Below are positions 33,853 through 47,011 of a stretch of DNA of 64,000 bases, piece after piece. Each line of letters starts with the position of its first letter. Position 1 is the first letter of the stretch. Below the pieces are notes generated by a model that was not told the DNA's origin, did no database searches, and saw nothing but the letters and a program-made list of their open reading frames with translations. Position numbers and translations under genes: made by a program. The stretch comes from Microthyrium microscopicum (taxonomy: Eukaryota). The stretch lies in the NCBI GenBank assembly GCA_010405405.1, contig MU004230.1, forward strand, positions 1,522,627-1,586,626, written 5' to 3'.

Positions 33853-36800
33853 AATTGCAGGGTGTGCACCTGAATATGGATACTGAGCTTATATATATGA
33901 GCCAAAAATCGCACTTATATTGTAATGAAATGCTGGCACAGAACCATGCGAAGCTAGATATCTGAAAGAAGTAGAAATGTCGTGGCTTCGAGGAGCTGAA
34001 CTGGCCATATATTCACGTGTAAAATGAAGCCGAATCAGATCCTGTAGAGCTTCTAATGAGGACTAGCGCGCTGCAAAACACTAGCTTCATCCCAGATCCT
34101 GGTAAGTATTATGTACCTCTGCTGCGCGTTCTGCCATACCCCAGGCTAGAAAAAAGCTCTAAAAAAGTAGGGCTCGTTCGAGTATGCTGATTGGCTAGTA
34201 TTCGGATGTTCTCCCTTGACAGCCAATAATAAACGCCCTTTGGGTCTGTCGAGAGCGAGGACTGGCAATTTTCCAGCCTGGGTATGGCAGACGGCGCAGC
34301 AGAGGTATGCCCACATTTCCATTTTCTGGTTCTTTGGAACATGGAGCTTTCCTTACATCCCCTAGAATCTATACACATACATCGCGTGCCTATATCAAGA
34401 AAGAGAGCCAGTGATTTGACGAGAATTATTCGCGCGCGGGCGACGTTATTGGCGACAATTTGTAAAGTTCCTCTTCAACAAAGCTAAGCAAGTTTGGGTC
34501 CACTAAGATGGCTTGATAAGGCTGAACAAGGCTGAATACCCAGTTTTTGACCTGCGAGGCTGCTACGTGCAAAAACGTCACGCACAGAGACAAATAGCGA
34601 TAGAATAGTCAAATATATGATCATTAGTTTTTTCTAAGTCTAAAGAAACTCATAAATCCATGCGGCCTTGAACATCATATCTTAGTTCTTTTCATCCATG
34701 TCGATTCGTGAGGTTCGCAAGGTGAGGCAAACCACTCGCAAGCTCCATCCCTCCGTAGCTTTGTTCGTATTATTTTCCGTGGTTTGACCCAGATCCAAAA
34801 AAAAAAAAACAATATTACCCTTAAATACAGGCGTCAATGTGATCTTTGCTGGTGGATCATAGGATGTTCTGCATGTCATCAAAATCCACCTGTGCCATCC
34901 TCTTAGATCCTGGCCAAGAAACTCGACTGTCGCAAATCCTCTGGTCTTGAGGCACTTTTCCTAACTCCGCGATAAAATGGTTGTTCCTTACATGCAAACC
35001 ATCTGTCGATTGGCTGAAGTTCTTGCATATTGATAATCGGTGTCCAAGAACGTCCTCCACCGTTGACAACAACGTGGGGTGGAAAAAGTTTTTCATCTTG
35101 CATTGGGGAGAATTGATCTCCAATGTACAAGAGGGCGACCTCCATCTCGATATAATTAGAATCCTGATGAGGCCGCGCTGTTTGTGGAGCTTGATCGACC
35201 GTGGGGGTTGAGGGTGGGGGCGCCATCGTATAGACGTCCACCTCTACTTCAGTTCCTTGCATTGTTCTCAAACTCCTATTTTGAAAGTAAGTGAAGGCGT
35301 ATGGCTTGGAGTGAAGAAATCTACCAGTATTCTGAAACCTCGTCGTTGTCTTCAGACTTACTGTTGCTGAGTGCTGTCATTACGAGCCACACGCGTCTCA
35401 TGAAACACATTGCTGTGTCTTGAGGTTGAAATTGGTAGAGGAGGCAGAACTTGTATTGTAGGAAAAGGTCTCGCTTTGAGAGTACGAGCTGAATGTTAGA
35501 GTCAAGTCATGAATTTGAGCTTAGGAAAAACTTCTGGATTATATGTCTAAAGTAGAGATTCGTAGAGCCTCAACAAGCATATGTGCGCCCGCCCTAAACG
35601 TCTCCTGAACCTTGAGAATTAGGGTGGGAAGACCACATACTGTGCCTTTGATTCGACAAATGAAAGGCAATGACCAGTGCGAAATCCACGATCAGGGCGT
35701 AGCAACTGGCTTGCAGGATAAATCATGGGCACCAGCTTTCTAGCCAATACTTCACACAGCAGATACAATGTCGGAGCCTGGCAGAAGAAGCTGCTGTGGG
35801 GTTTGTGCAACGTTGGTACTTCCTTCCTCAATACCAGATTGGAGATCGACTTTCACTCGTTCTGGCTTGTCTCGAGCTTGGGGAATACACTGAGAATCAT
35901 ACCGGGGATGCCACGTCAAAAATAAACAAATCCTGAATCATGAAGCTTTGGCTTTCTCACTACATGCAGTAATATATAACCAATGCATTGCAGGTATCAA
36001 GACGCGATTGACTATTGGAACAAGAAAGTTGAAAGAGTAAAGCTAGAGAATAATAGTTCATCGAACTCGCTCCTGCAAATAGGGTCCGTTGGTATCGGTG
36101 TGGATAACGAGAAATGTGCTATAGCACCTCAATCGACCAAAATATCCAAAGAACGTCTAACAAGTAAAGCCATTCAAGAACAAGTAAAGCCATTCAAGAG
36201 CACTTGGCCGTCCACAAGCAGAACCCATAGTTCGGCCACATAAACAGGAACAGGGCCAGTAACGGGCGTTGTGAGGTTACGCCCTGGAAAGGTGTCGTGC
36301 GAGCTCGCCCCTTTTAGCAACGGTACGTGGGGTGGGTGGTATTGATGCAAAGGTTGAGAAATGGATCACAGTCTTCAGGAATATCAGGATGCTCTTCGTC
36401 AGCCATATTGGAAGTATGGCATGACATTCGACTTGCAAGTGAACTTGGTCCCTCCAAAAAAGAAAGTAGATGCATAAGCTTTTGTAGCTTCGTTTTATGC
36501 CACTTGGTATGGATCCAGTGCTCTGTAAGCGCGGGGTTTTGTCGTCTGCTGAACATTGACGTACATCGAGAGTCCGATCGAAAGAAGTGATTGCTTTTCT
36601 TACGTCTTGAACTAAGCCAAAGTTGAACCTTTCAATGCAGCTGGATGTTAAGGAGTACTTTGGTACCTAGTCCCGGAAAACAACTTGAACATATGTGGTA
36701 TTTTCTGAGATCCAAACACGCGGTAGGCACATATTGGTATGTTGATCATTATGGCATTGATCATATCAACCAAATTCCAGATATCTGTGCAAATACCGCC

Positions 36801-37432
36801 GGCGGCGTTTTACTAAATCAAACCAACAGACAGTATTAATACTCGCCGTCGGGATGACATCGAGTTACTGCCCAAACGGCTCCCCAGATATGCTGCATTA
36901 CTTTACACTGTCTTAGGAAGCTCGGCTGCCATTGGATCGTGCACAGTGCATCATGCACGTCGATTCTGCCTTACATCGTCCGAGAAGTCAGAGTGGCCGC
37001 CCTGTCCTCAAATTATCTGCTCCGATAGAAATTGTTTGCTAGGAAGCTATCCTAGAACAAAAACCAGTTCTTGTATGGATGACTCTGAAACAAGAAGGAT
37101 CATGGCTTGCTGAGACAAGGACCAAATGCTTCCAGATGCATGGACTGCCAGGATTCAGGGAGAGTAGGCTGTGATCATCAGCATCGCCGCACATGCTCGA
37201 TATGCTTCAAAAATCCAAAATCAACTAAAGGGCCAGCCAGATTTTTGGAGTCAATTGTGAGTTTTCGATGAATGTATCACACATGTGGTGACAGTATCTA
37301 ATTGATTCCGTGTGATGGATACTTCCTTCCAATCCATTTACACCATATCTCTTCAACCCTCTGGTATCGAACATGGCAGAGTAGCCAAAGCATAATATAA
37401 ATCCAACATCCTCAACCCCACATCTTTCCAAA

Positions 37433-39541
37433 TCACAGCGCTTCCTGTTTTGGGACTATCGGACTTACTTCCTTTTCGTCCCGAGCTGGTGCATGCAGCC
37501 CCTGACCACGCTCCGTATCCTTCGCCTGCGCCTCCGCCACGGCCCCATTTACTTCTGGCTCTAACGGCTGTTGGTGCTGTGGAGTCTCCCTTTCAAACTC
37601 CTCTGAAGTCCGCATACCCTCTGATTCGTTCGGTCTTGGAGGTGGCAGATGGTCCCCATCGCCCTGCGAAAAGGCCCGTCCGCGCTGCTCAAATCCGTGG
37701 GGGTACATGACCTTCATAAGGCGCTCCGTCGTCTGGTTGCGCATATCACGTTCGTCAAGCGGCTCTTGTGTCGATATGACCGACTCGCGGCGCGGCATCA
37801 TTACATCGGACGGCGAGCGCTCGTCCTGCATTTGGCTGGTGCCGCGCGAGTACGCCTCGGGGTTGGAGTAGCTGGGCGACATTGCTGTGCCGCCTTCGCT
37901 GTGACGGGCTCCTTCTTTGCGGGCGTGCACTTTGCGTAGGTTGGCGGCACTGCTTTGGCTGCGCATGTCGGCCTTGCCGTCTTTGCGGATTAGGACGCCG
38001 TCGGCGTTGCGGATGGGTTTGGTGCGTGTCTTCTTGGTGTGGGCATATGGATCTTTGGGTAGGGCGGATATAGGGACTGCGCTGTTGATTGAGTCGCGGC
38101 GATCACTGGCGTATACACTCTCAGTGGTGATGGCATAGTATTGTCCATCTTGCCCCTGTCGCATCATTTGTCCTTGTCCGTCGACTAGAACTTGACTTGC
38201 GGGATGATCTGGCCAGCCGGTTGCCATGGCTGTACGAGTGTCCGGATGGGCGTATTTCCTAGGTCGGCCTCCACGGCCACGTCCTCTGCTCGCGGATGGC
38301 GGTGTGTTACCGGTTGAATGATATGCTGGACCTGATACCGTTCTTTGTACATGTCCATCGTCCATCACGTCTTGTACCTGGGATTGAGGCAGGTATCCAG
38401 ATGTCGATACAGATTCGCCTGATTCGGTTCGGTACCGCACGGGTTCTTGTGCAATTTCTTCAGTCTCTGCTCGAGGTTCTGGACGAGGGCGGGTGTCGAT
38501 AGGTGCAGGAGCAAGTTTCGGTCGTTTAGGCGAACTGTTCATTGTGATATCCGTGTGCGAACGTTTGTTAGTCTGGTTTACAGTAGCCCAACCCGCTGGT
38601 TGCTCGAGTTGATGCGCATGCGGCCGTCTTTCAACGGCCTGAACTTGATGTGGATATTGAGGCGCCAATCTAGGTGGTTGCTGCTGTTGTTGTTGTTGTT
38701 GCTGTTGCTGTTGTTGCTGCTGATGTTGTTGATGTTGTTGATGCTGAAGCTGTGCGATACTAGGAGAAGCTGCTTGTGCTACGGCTACTGATGGTCGATG
38801 AGCTGATGCACTTGGGATGTTCTCCCGGTTTGGGAGAGCACTCGAGAGAGATACATGTTCTTCCACCTTGAAAACCCTTCTTTTCAGTAATTGAATATCC
38901 ATTTCCATGCTATCGACCTTATTAGCCTTCTCCGAGACCGCTGAAAGGTTTCTCGAAAATATTTCCAACGTCTGATCATCTAGCCTTTCGCCCGACGGCA
39001 TGACATTATTTGCCGTGGCGGCCAATTGTTGGCGAAATATGGTAAGCTGGTTGGCGACTTCGGCATTAAGCCGTTCCATGTTTTCGACATGTAAGCGAGA
39101 AACTTGTTGAATTGCTTCTTCTAAGTGCCGAATATGGTCCGTCGTCTTCTTGAGGTCTCTTGCATTCGCTTCCAGTGACGCTCGGTTGAGGTTGACTTGG
39201 GTCTGAATCCTGTCGATGGCTTCGAGTTTGACCTCTATGTGGTTAAAGGATTGAGAATTGACTCGTCCATTTGGCTGATGAATAGGCTGAGAGTGAGTGG
39301 AATGTGTTGTATGGGACGAGGTAGGAATATGTGGTGGATTCTGAACAGCCGAAACTCCAGGCATGGCTCGTCGTTCTTTGTCTGGCGGTGTTTGGTTGCT
39401 TTGTTGCCGATAATCCTCTGTTGTTGTTTCCATACCAATAGACATTGACGCTCTCCAGCCAACTTCAGTACTAATAAGATGATCCCCTGGAGAGTTCTGG
39501 AGTTCACAAACGAGATCCGGGATTGAGTACTTCAAAGCCAC
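37433..39541 (-). CDS. Uncharacterised probable nuclear protein: coiled coil, polyQ, AT-hook-like GRGRGGRPRK and a basic C-terminal motif
   Basis: 702-codon ORF with NLS-like PKRPKL and the motif KPIRNADGVLIRKDGKADMRSQSSAANLRKVHARKE. The true start may be a downstream ATG (~39433-39445). Confidence 0.8.
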   Translation of the reverse strand: MALKYSIPDLVCELQNSPGDHLISTEVGWRASMSIGMETTTEDYRQQSNQTPPDKERRAMPGVSAVQNPPHIPTSSHTTHSTHSQPIHQPNGRVNSQSFNHIEVKLEAIDRIQTQVNLNRASLEANARDLKKTTDHIRHLEEAIQQVSRLHVENMERLNAEVANQLTIFRQQLAATANNVMPSGERLDDQTLEIFSRNLSAVSEKANKVDSMEMDIQLLKRRVFKVEEHVSLSSALPNRENIPSASAHRPSVAVAQAASPSIAQLQHQQHQQHQQQQQQQQQQQQQQQPPRLAPQYPHQVQAVERRPHAHQLEQPAGWATVNQTNKRSHTDITMNSSPKRPKLAPAPIDTRPRPEPRAETEEIAQEPVRYRTESGESVSTSGYLPQSQVQDVMDDGHVQRTVSGPAYHSTGNTPPSASRGRGRGGRPRKYAHPDTRTAMATGWPDHPASQVLVDGQGQMMRQGQDGQYYAITTESVYASDRRDSINSAVPISALPKDPYAHTKKTRTKPIRNADGVLIRKDGKADMRSQSSAANLRKVHARKEGARHSEGGTAMSPSYSNPEAYSRGTSQMQDERSPSDVMMPRRESVISTQEPLDERDMRNQTTERLMKVMYPHGFEQRGRAFSQGDGDHLPPPRPNESEGMRTSEEFERETPQHQQPLEPEVNGAVAEAQAKDTERGQGLHAPARDEKEVSPIVPKQEAL
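38677..38745 (-). repeat. CAA/CAG microsatellite encoding polyglutamine
   Basis: HQQHQQHQQQQQQQQQQQQQQQ within ORF 37433-39541. Confidence 0.9.
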
Positions 39542-42500
39542 TGCGGATCTGTCGTAACGAATGGTCAGTTAATGGACATTGACATACTTGAAGCATGAAC
39601 ATTTCAACGATGATGCATCAAAGATATGCTCAGAAAGCTCTTTCAAGGAAGCAGTACATCGAAGGAGTCTGCCTTGGGTAATGCTGTGATTCAAGAGACG
39701 AGTGTCTGCAAGTAGGCTTCCGCTTATGGCAACGGGCGCTTGCGCAAGATGCAGTTTGACAAACCACAACTCGGTCAAATACTATGGTTGCCTTTTCGCG
39801 CTTGGCTTTTTGAGGAATCGAATCTGGTTGACAATGGAAAGGATGTGTATAGCGTCGGATGAATAACAGTAATTCGTATCTGAAGATAGCAGGGGGACTT
39901 ATGTCCTAGTATCCCCAAATGCCTTCTTTATTTGGAATAAAGCTTGCCTTAGTCCAAACGACTAGACGAACAAAGGAAGGGTTCTAAAAACAGACTGACT
40001 ACTTACGTGTACTAAAGAATCAAGTCGGGCTGCTGATATGGAGGCTGTGCATACGAAGCCAAGGGCTGAGAGCATTGGACAGATGAAGAGAAGAAAACCT
40101 GCAACTAGTGTCAGATCTGATCTGATTGAAGAAATGAAGAGTCTTAGATCTAGTCGGGACTGTTTATGTTTACCTTTTTGGTGTTCCCCAGACTGGAAGA
40201 TGTTGTATTAATAGACAGGGGGGAGGCGGTGTATATTGAATCAGTAGTACTCTAGTTGGGGCCACTCTGGGGTAATGAACCAGTGACTGAGACTTCAGTT
40301 GACACTTTGACGCTTTGAAAGCGCGGGAGGTAGTAAATAGTATTAAGGTAGATACTAAGTAAGTGAAAAGTAGGCGGGCAATGTATAAGGATAAATGGAA
40401 AGCAGTGGAACATGCATGTGCAGAGCCAAACAAACAGGGCAGGAGAAGGTCGGGTATTTGTCCGACATCAAACAGCAATAGGCAAGGGCTGATAATAGAT
40501 ATAGGATTAAAGTGCAGGAATGGGAAGGCAATAAGCACAAATAGTGCGTGATAGGCGTGTGAAGAGCGTAAAAATGGATAGCACAGCCAAGTATGGCGCT
40601 GGTGGATTTAATTAGTCTGCCGCGCTACAGCCAAAAGACTGCGAGATGTGGCCGTCTAGCTGTTTCACTTCGCCGAAAGCTCCCATTCATATTCTACCTA
40701 GAGATGAATAAAATCAAATCCAAGGCGCCAAAGCTAATTAAAATGCCTAACCTCCCTGTCTGTCTTGCTCAAGGTCAGGAGGATATCGCGATTCGGCGAA
40801 ACAGAGCTCTTAGACCTGGCTGGCCTGGATCAGGTCTCTATGCCATCCTAGCACTAGCCGTCTACTTTTCACAGCTTACCATCTCTCTTATGCTATTTGC
40901 TACTACTTCTACTAAACGGAATCGACCGCTTGCAATAGTGGATGATGGAGGAGGCGATCCTGATAAATACGACGATGATCCACCAACTTCCGCTTGAGCC
41001 TTGAGAACAGTACACTCTGAGCACTGAGAAAGTAGAGCGGCGTTCAGCTTTCAACCAATCGAGTCGACCCCCTATTCGCATTGGCGTTGTCTCTTCTGCC
41101 AATTACTGTCGCGTAAATTATTGCGCGATTACCTCTGGGCTTAAGACCCACTGTATCAGTGGCTAGAATTAGGAAATAGGTCGGTCATTAGGTCGCCTTC
41201 GGAAAGCGTGGTCATCAGCCCATAACTTACCAGACAATTTTATCTTTGCAATCCAACCATTCAGCAACCAGAAACCAGCTGTTAGATCGCGCTATCTTTC
41301 CTTTTTCTGGCTGATTAACTTTGCAACAGCTCCTAGTTTTTGATATTAGTCCTGATTCATCATCAACTCGTCCACTCATTGTTCTTCCATAACACCAAAA
41401 GTCTGAAAATGCAATGCAATACCGAAAACTTCTGTTGAAACGCAACATGCTAGCGTGCCTATTTGGATCAGAGAAGGCTTTTTGGCTTGCGCTAGAAGGG
41501 GCAAAAGGGGTCATGAAGGGTGTTAACAGGGATAATTCTATTCTGAATGTGGATTACTTACCGTATTAACTTCTTCAATAATCCTTATAAAAGCGGATAG
41601 AGATGTAAGAAAGGCTTGAGGGAAACTCCTTTCGAGCCACTGAAGGGCCCTTAAATAATAAGCCCCTACAGGGGCATGCTGCAGCCACCAACAGGGGCAG
41701 CGCCCGCTGAATTTAGTGGCACTGCGACCCAAATAGGCACGCTAGCATGTTGCGTTTCAACAGAAGTTTTCGGTACGAGGATTCCCGGCTATATTTTCAC
41801 ATTCCCCACAAGGTCACTGAGCGAGTTTGTTTATAACAACTCCACTAAGATAGTATCTAATAGGGTTTAGATGAGCCAAGTTTCGGAGATTACTATTGAT
41901 GGCAGCACCGTATTGGCTTAAACTCCCCTTTTAGCTAATTCTAATGCTAGGCGGCGAGAACTAGTATCATGGCTGCGGCAAAGCCTTCAGACCCCGTTTT
42001 CGCCGTCTCAGCATCATGTTTCGTTTCTCGTTTTGGGCGCATATGGCGCTGCAGTGCTGACATGATCTCCCTACTTCATTCTTCATATTCCATCGAATAC
42101 GTTGTTGTTCGCGCTCTTCAAAAGTCAATGTTGTTGAACGTATGAAGTTGTTGATCCGCAAGCACAGGCACTGAGGCAGTTGTCAGACGACATAACATAT
42201 AGCAAATTGCGTTAAACATTCGGCAAATAGCTTCAAGTAGGCGGCACTGTAGATTGCAAGACTCAAAGACAATCTCAGTTTAGATGAACATATGGCGCCT
42301 TCGCCAGCCCACACCAGATAAGGTGAAGGTTGCATTCTTTCGTATATTATTGATACAGCGCAGGGATCGCTGAATGTCTAATGTGGTTCAGGGCTTGTCT
42401 TCACTTGTACAACAAGTAGTTGGCAATTAGATTAAATATTCGTTCGCACGTAGTAGACTCTAATAGGGCCGACCTTATGCAGATCCTGGACAGTGTTACC

Positions 42501-43212
42501 TGCAGGTCTGATGTATTGGTTCAAGATGTGAACTACCTGGTAGTTCGAACTGTCCGGCCGTGAGAATTGGCACAAGGAGTTGGGATTTCCGAATTGTCGT
42601 AACTTTATGGTTTGATTCAAAATTCTTAATTCTTGCGTTGTGGTTAAAAGAATCGTTGGATATGCTAAGCGGAACTGTCACTGGTGAACATCATGGCGTC
42701 TTTTCTCAGCCACAACTGCCTCTGGGTCAGACTGAGTTTCCTAAGAATAGCCTTGCCTTTGATTACGATTTGCGAAAATGCTCAAGCTATTTCGGGTGTT
42801 TCATTGCAATAGGGGTTCGCAAATCAAGAACCTTGTATTATCATTTTTTGATCCTTTGGCAAAAGTGTTAAAATCACGCGTCAAGTTAAAAGTCCATTGT
42901 GCATTTACTGAGATGGGTGTTGAAACTATTGGTTGTACGAAGTGTGCCCAAGTTTTGTATCACAGGGATTCTATGCCCTGTACAGCATAACAACTCAAAT
43001 ATCGCGGCTGTTTTCCTGCATAATGTTGGCGCGTATCCGTGCCTCCTCTCAGGATTGACGTATCAGAAGTCGTACGGATCCTTCGAGTGATATGCAGCAA
43101 GCCCGATCCTGCACTAAAGCAATGTCTCGCCGCTCAAAAGACGCTGAAAACTCAGGCCAGAATCTCATTCGACATGTGGACTTTCGATATTCTTCGAGCT
43201 ACCAACATGAAA

Positions 43213-45342
43213 TCATGATTCACGCTGTGAGGCGGGCTTTACAGTTACAAATCCTAATGCTTCTCTGGCACGTTGGCACTCTGACCGCAATGCCTTCTCT
43301 TCGTGTTCGGTCCATCGCACACTCAACTCGTCCCACTTTTTGACCTTGTATTCCCGCTTGAATTGAGTATGCTGCTGTCGCAAGCGGTGGAACTCACGCT
43401 GATCACATGCCCCGGTATACACAATGAATGTTGTATGTGCAGGCAAGCTTGCATAAATCGCGGATATAGCCTTGACAGTTTCATCAACTGCCTTGCCAAG
43501 CTGTGCCGTCGAGGGATCTGAGTTGGCTGCAGTTGGGGCGTCACTTGGATCACCACCTTCGCGATCTGGTGTCCGATCCCATGGACGAGTACGCCAACCT
43601 CGGGCCTGCTCAAGACCACGAAGGCGACCCCAAATGAAGTCGGCACCTCCGGGAATGTCTTCTGATTCGGTTGAAATTGCGGCTGTGATAGTCTCAACAA
43701 CTTGCAAGTCAGTCATGCATTTAACAGACTTGGTTGCATAGGCGCCATAGTTATTTCTGGAGTCATCCCAGTCGACGTGCATAGTCTTCATGAGAACCTG
43801 CTCTGTTTCTTCGTCAACATGTACGCTAGATGAGCGCGGGGATCGCGAAATGCGCCGGTATAATGGCTCATCATTGGAATGCGAGACCCATTGTTCACCT
43901 TTCTTGCACTTGAGTTTCACAAGATCCAAAACAGCGAGAGCATCCTCAACACTGTTATGGCCTTGTGGTCCTTTGTTTTGGATTTCACGATCCAAGTACT
44001 TCTTGGCAAGAAATTTCAGAGAGCTCTTGAATGGTGGCCCTTGAGGATGAGGATAGAGAACTGAGGTGTCAATGATGAAGGGATGGGTCATCTTCAAGGC
44101 ATTAAAATCAGAATTGAGGGAATGTCCAACGATGACCGTATCATGATCAATCATATCCTTCAACTTGACTTGAATGTCTTCAAGAGTAGTGGTTACAGGT
44201 TCTAGCATCTCTTTCGTGATGCCAGAGTACTGGGTCAGATAATCTGTGATTGTGTTTGGCGGCTGGACGAGCTCATCAAGAATAACTGAGCCATCCCAGC
44301 CAATTACACTGATTCTAGTCAGCTCAAACTGCTTGTCGTATGTTTGGCACATCTCGCAATCTATAGATATCACCGTTTTACCGCCTGTCAAGTCCAAATC
44401 AGTCGGGTTTTCTATAGCTTTGCCATCAGCTGCGTGATCCTCCAATGATCCACCACCATCCTTAGGACTTGTGGTAGTGTCCAACCAGCCATCGGAAGGA
44501 AGACTCTTGCTTTGCTTGCGCCGCTCGAGGGCAGCCTCAAGCTCTGCTTCTGACTTGTACACAGAGGGATGAACAACATATTCATTCAATTCGAGTTCCT
44601 CTTGAGTCATGATAAAGGTCGTGACTGGTGTTTGTTTATCCGGCCAATTGCTAGACTGCACTGGCTTTGGTCCCTTCAGCTTTTTTTCGTCCTGAGTCTT
44701 TGGAAGAGGGCTAGACAGGAAGGCTCTCGACGAGGAAAATATGAGACCTATTTTGTCGTCTCCTGGAGCTCTAAGTGGCCACCGTTGAGTGAAGATTGCG
44801 GCGAGTGGCCGCAGTGCCTCAGGTAGCCTATTTTGGTCCAGTTTTGAAGGATAATAGTCATCAGGCTGAATTCCAGAGTATGCCTTGCGAACTTTTCGAG
44901 ATGGCTTGGTCTCGCCATTCTTCATTTCCTCGGCACTTTCAGATAATGGAAGCTGACCATTAAACATATCTGCCTCCAGTCCAGGAACCATTAGTACCAC
45001 AGCCTTCTGCATTTGAGTGCGATTGGAGATAGCAGCCCAAGTAGGAGCAGGGCCGTCAGCTAAAAGGTATAGCACGAGTGACTGAAAATCTCTAATTTTG
45101 AGAAAATTTTGTAGTCGTGCATTTGGAGAGCTAGAGATTGTGGAAGGTCGGTTTGGATCCTGAAGTTTCTGTTTCTTGTTCTTTTTGCTTCTCTTTTCTT
45201 TGCGCGTTACCGTTTGCCATCCTTCATCATTTTCTTGATGGACAGAAGAACCTTGCGCGCCAGTGAGGGATGATTCCTCGAGCGCGCCAAATTTGTTGGT
45301 GTCGTCGCCCAAAAGAGCGTCCAAGTCACGTTTCTGCCCCAT
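43213..45342 (-). CDS. DEDDh 3'-5' RNA exonuclease (Rex1/Rnh70, REXO5-like)
   Basis: ExoI SIDCEMC, ExoII IVGHSLNSDFNAL and IIDTS, ExoIII GHNSVEDALA. Confidence 0.9.
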   Translation of the reverse strand: MGQKRDLDALLGDDTNKFGALEESSLTGAQGSSVHQENDEGWQTVTRKEKRSKKNKKQKLQDPNRPSTISSSPNARLQNFLKIRDFQSLVLYLLADGPAPTWAAISNRTQMQKAVVLMVPGLEADMFNGQLPLSESAEEMKNGETKPSRKVRKAYSGIQPDDYYPSKLDQNRLPEALRPLAAIFTQRWPLRAPGDDKIGLIFSSSRAFLSSPLPKTQDEKKLKGPKPVQSSNWPDKQTPVTTFIMTQEELELNEYVVHPSVYKSEAELEAALERRKQSKSLPSDGWLDTTTSPKDGGGSLEDHAADGKAIENPTDLDLTGGKTVISIDCEMCQTYDKQFELTRISVIGWDGSVILDELVQPPNTITDYLTQYSGITKEMLEPVTTTLEDIQVKLKDMIDHDTVIVGHSLNSDFNALKMTHPFIIDTSVLYPHPQGPPFKSSLKFLAKKYLDREIQNKGPQGHNSVEDALAVLDLVKLKCKKGEQWVSHSNDEPLYRRISRSPRSSSVHVDEETEQVLMKTMHVDWDDSRNNYGAYATKSVKCMTDLQVVETITAAISTESEDIPGGADFIWGRLRGLEQARGWRTRPWDRTPDREGGDPSDAPTAANSDPSTAQLGKAVDETVKAISAIYASLPAHTTFIVYTGACDQREFHRLRQQHTQFKREYKVKKWDELSVRWTEHEEKALRSECQRAREALGFVTVKPASQRES

Positions 45343-45603
45343 GATAACAAGCGATTACGAAGATGGAAATGAAGAGCGAGCGAATGGTACGTGTTCCTCG
45401 ACTGAATGGACCGATGGAAATTGTTGATGAATTTTGTCAGAGCTTGAAGAAAATAATTGAAGACTTCCAAGGTTGATTTGGTGTTGAACTTAGCGCAATA
45501 GGGTTAGGGCGATGCTGGTCGCCCCCACGTAATCGAGAGCGTCGCGAGTCTAAAGTTTGGTCGCGATCTTGAGGTTGGGCTGCTGAAGGATAGCAACTCA
45601 TAA

Positions 45604-46931
45604 ATGGCAACTTTAAAGACTAGATACAGTATTCTACTTCATCAGCAGGCTCGAAGGAGATGGTGTCAGCCGAATGCGCTAAGAGCGTGCTCACGAAGTC
45701 TGCAGACTTCGACATCAGATCATCATCCATCAGACTTTGCGTTTGCTTTTGAGTAAGTTATCTCAATTCATCCCATGGTACAACCATTGCCATGAAACTT
45801 ACGATGTTCAAGTATAGATGGTGTGCTTTTGAGGAGTCATGATCCTATTCCGGGTGCAAGGGAGGCGCTCTCTTTCCTACAAGCCCAGAAAATACCATTT
45901 ATCCTTCTCACAAATGGAGGTGGAAAACACGAGAGTGAAAGAGTAGCGGAGCTAATGGATAAGCTCCAGATTCCGTTAGACACTAGCATGTTTGTCCAGA
46001 GCCACACGCCTTTTGCCGATCTAGAACAGTACAAAGACAAGACCATTTTAGTTGTTGGCGGCGAAGAAGACAAATGTCGGCATGTTGCCAACGCTTATGG
46101 ATTCAAGTCCGTCGTCACTCCGGCCGATATTATGGTACAGTATCCATCAATATGGCCGTTTTCAAGCCAATTCCTGGACTATTATCAGGAGACCGCAGAC
46201 CCTCTTCCTAGTCCCATTGATGCGGCCAATCCAGAAGGGTCACTGAAAGTCGATGCTATCTTCGTTTACAACGACCCAAGGGACTGGGGACTAGATGCAA
46301 CCATCATATTAGACCTTTTGCTTTCGCGGTCTGGAATTATGGGTACCGTGTCCCCGAAGAACAACAATCCGGATCTTCCAAATAGAGGCTATTTGCAGGA
46401 AGGGCAACCTCATCTGTACTACTCGAACCCAGATCTGTGGTGGGCAGCAAAGTTTCATCTCCCTCGACTTGGGCAAGGCGCATTCAGAGAAGCTCTAGAG
46501 GGATTGTGGACTGCTGTTACAGGGGGCGAGAAGAAAGGTGTCACTCTTCAGAAAACATTGATAGGAAAGCCGTACCATATGACTTACGATTTTGCGGAGC
46601 GAAAATTGATCAAGCATAGAGAGGATCTATTCTCTGGTACAGAAACGAATCCGCTAAGGCAAGTGTATATGATTGGTGATAATCCAGGTATGTCTCGCTT
46701 GTCAAATGCTAGTGACTTCAAAAACTGATAAATCTAGAATCCGACATCCGTGGAGGCAACTCATTTCGCAGCCCGTTGGGAACAAAATGGTCCACTATTC
46801 TGGTCAAAACAGGAGTTCATCAGACCGGTCACCCAGCATGGGAGCCTACAACCATCACGAAAGATGTTTATGAGGCGGTGAAGTGGGCACTCCATAGGGA
46901 GTCATGGCCAGTAAGCCCTCAAAGAAATTGA
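45604..46931 (+). CDS. HAD-superfamily class IIA hydrolase, CECR5/HDHD5-like, probably mitochondrial
   Basis: Motif I FAFAFD|IDGVL across an intron (~45753-45811), LLTNGGG, GKP, and MIGDNP|ESDI across an intron (~46688-46737). Basic N-terminal presequence. Confidence 0.88.
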
Positions 46932-47011
46932 GTGGACATGGCAGCAAGACACGCTCAAATTCTACCTGTTCATACATCTAATATCCTATCTCGAAACCTG
47001 TACACTAAAGA

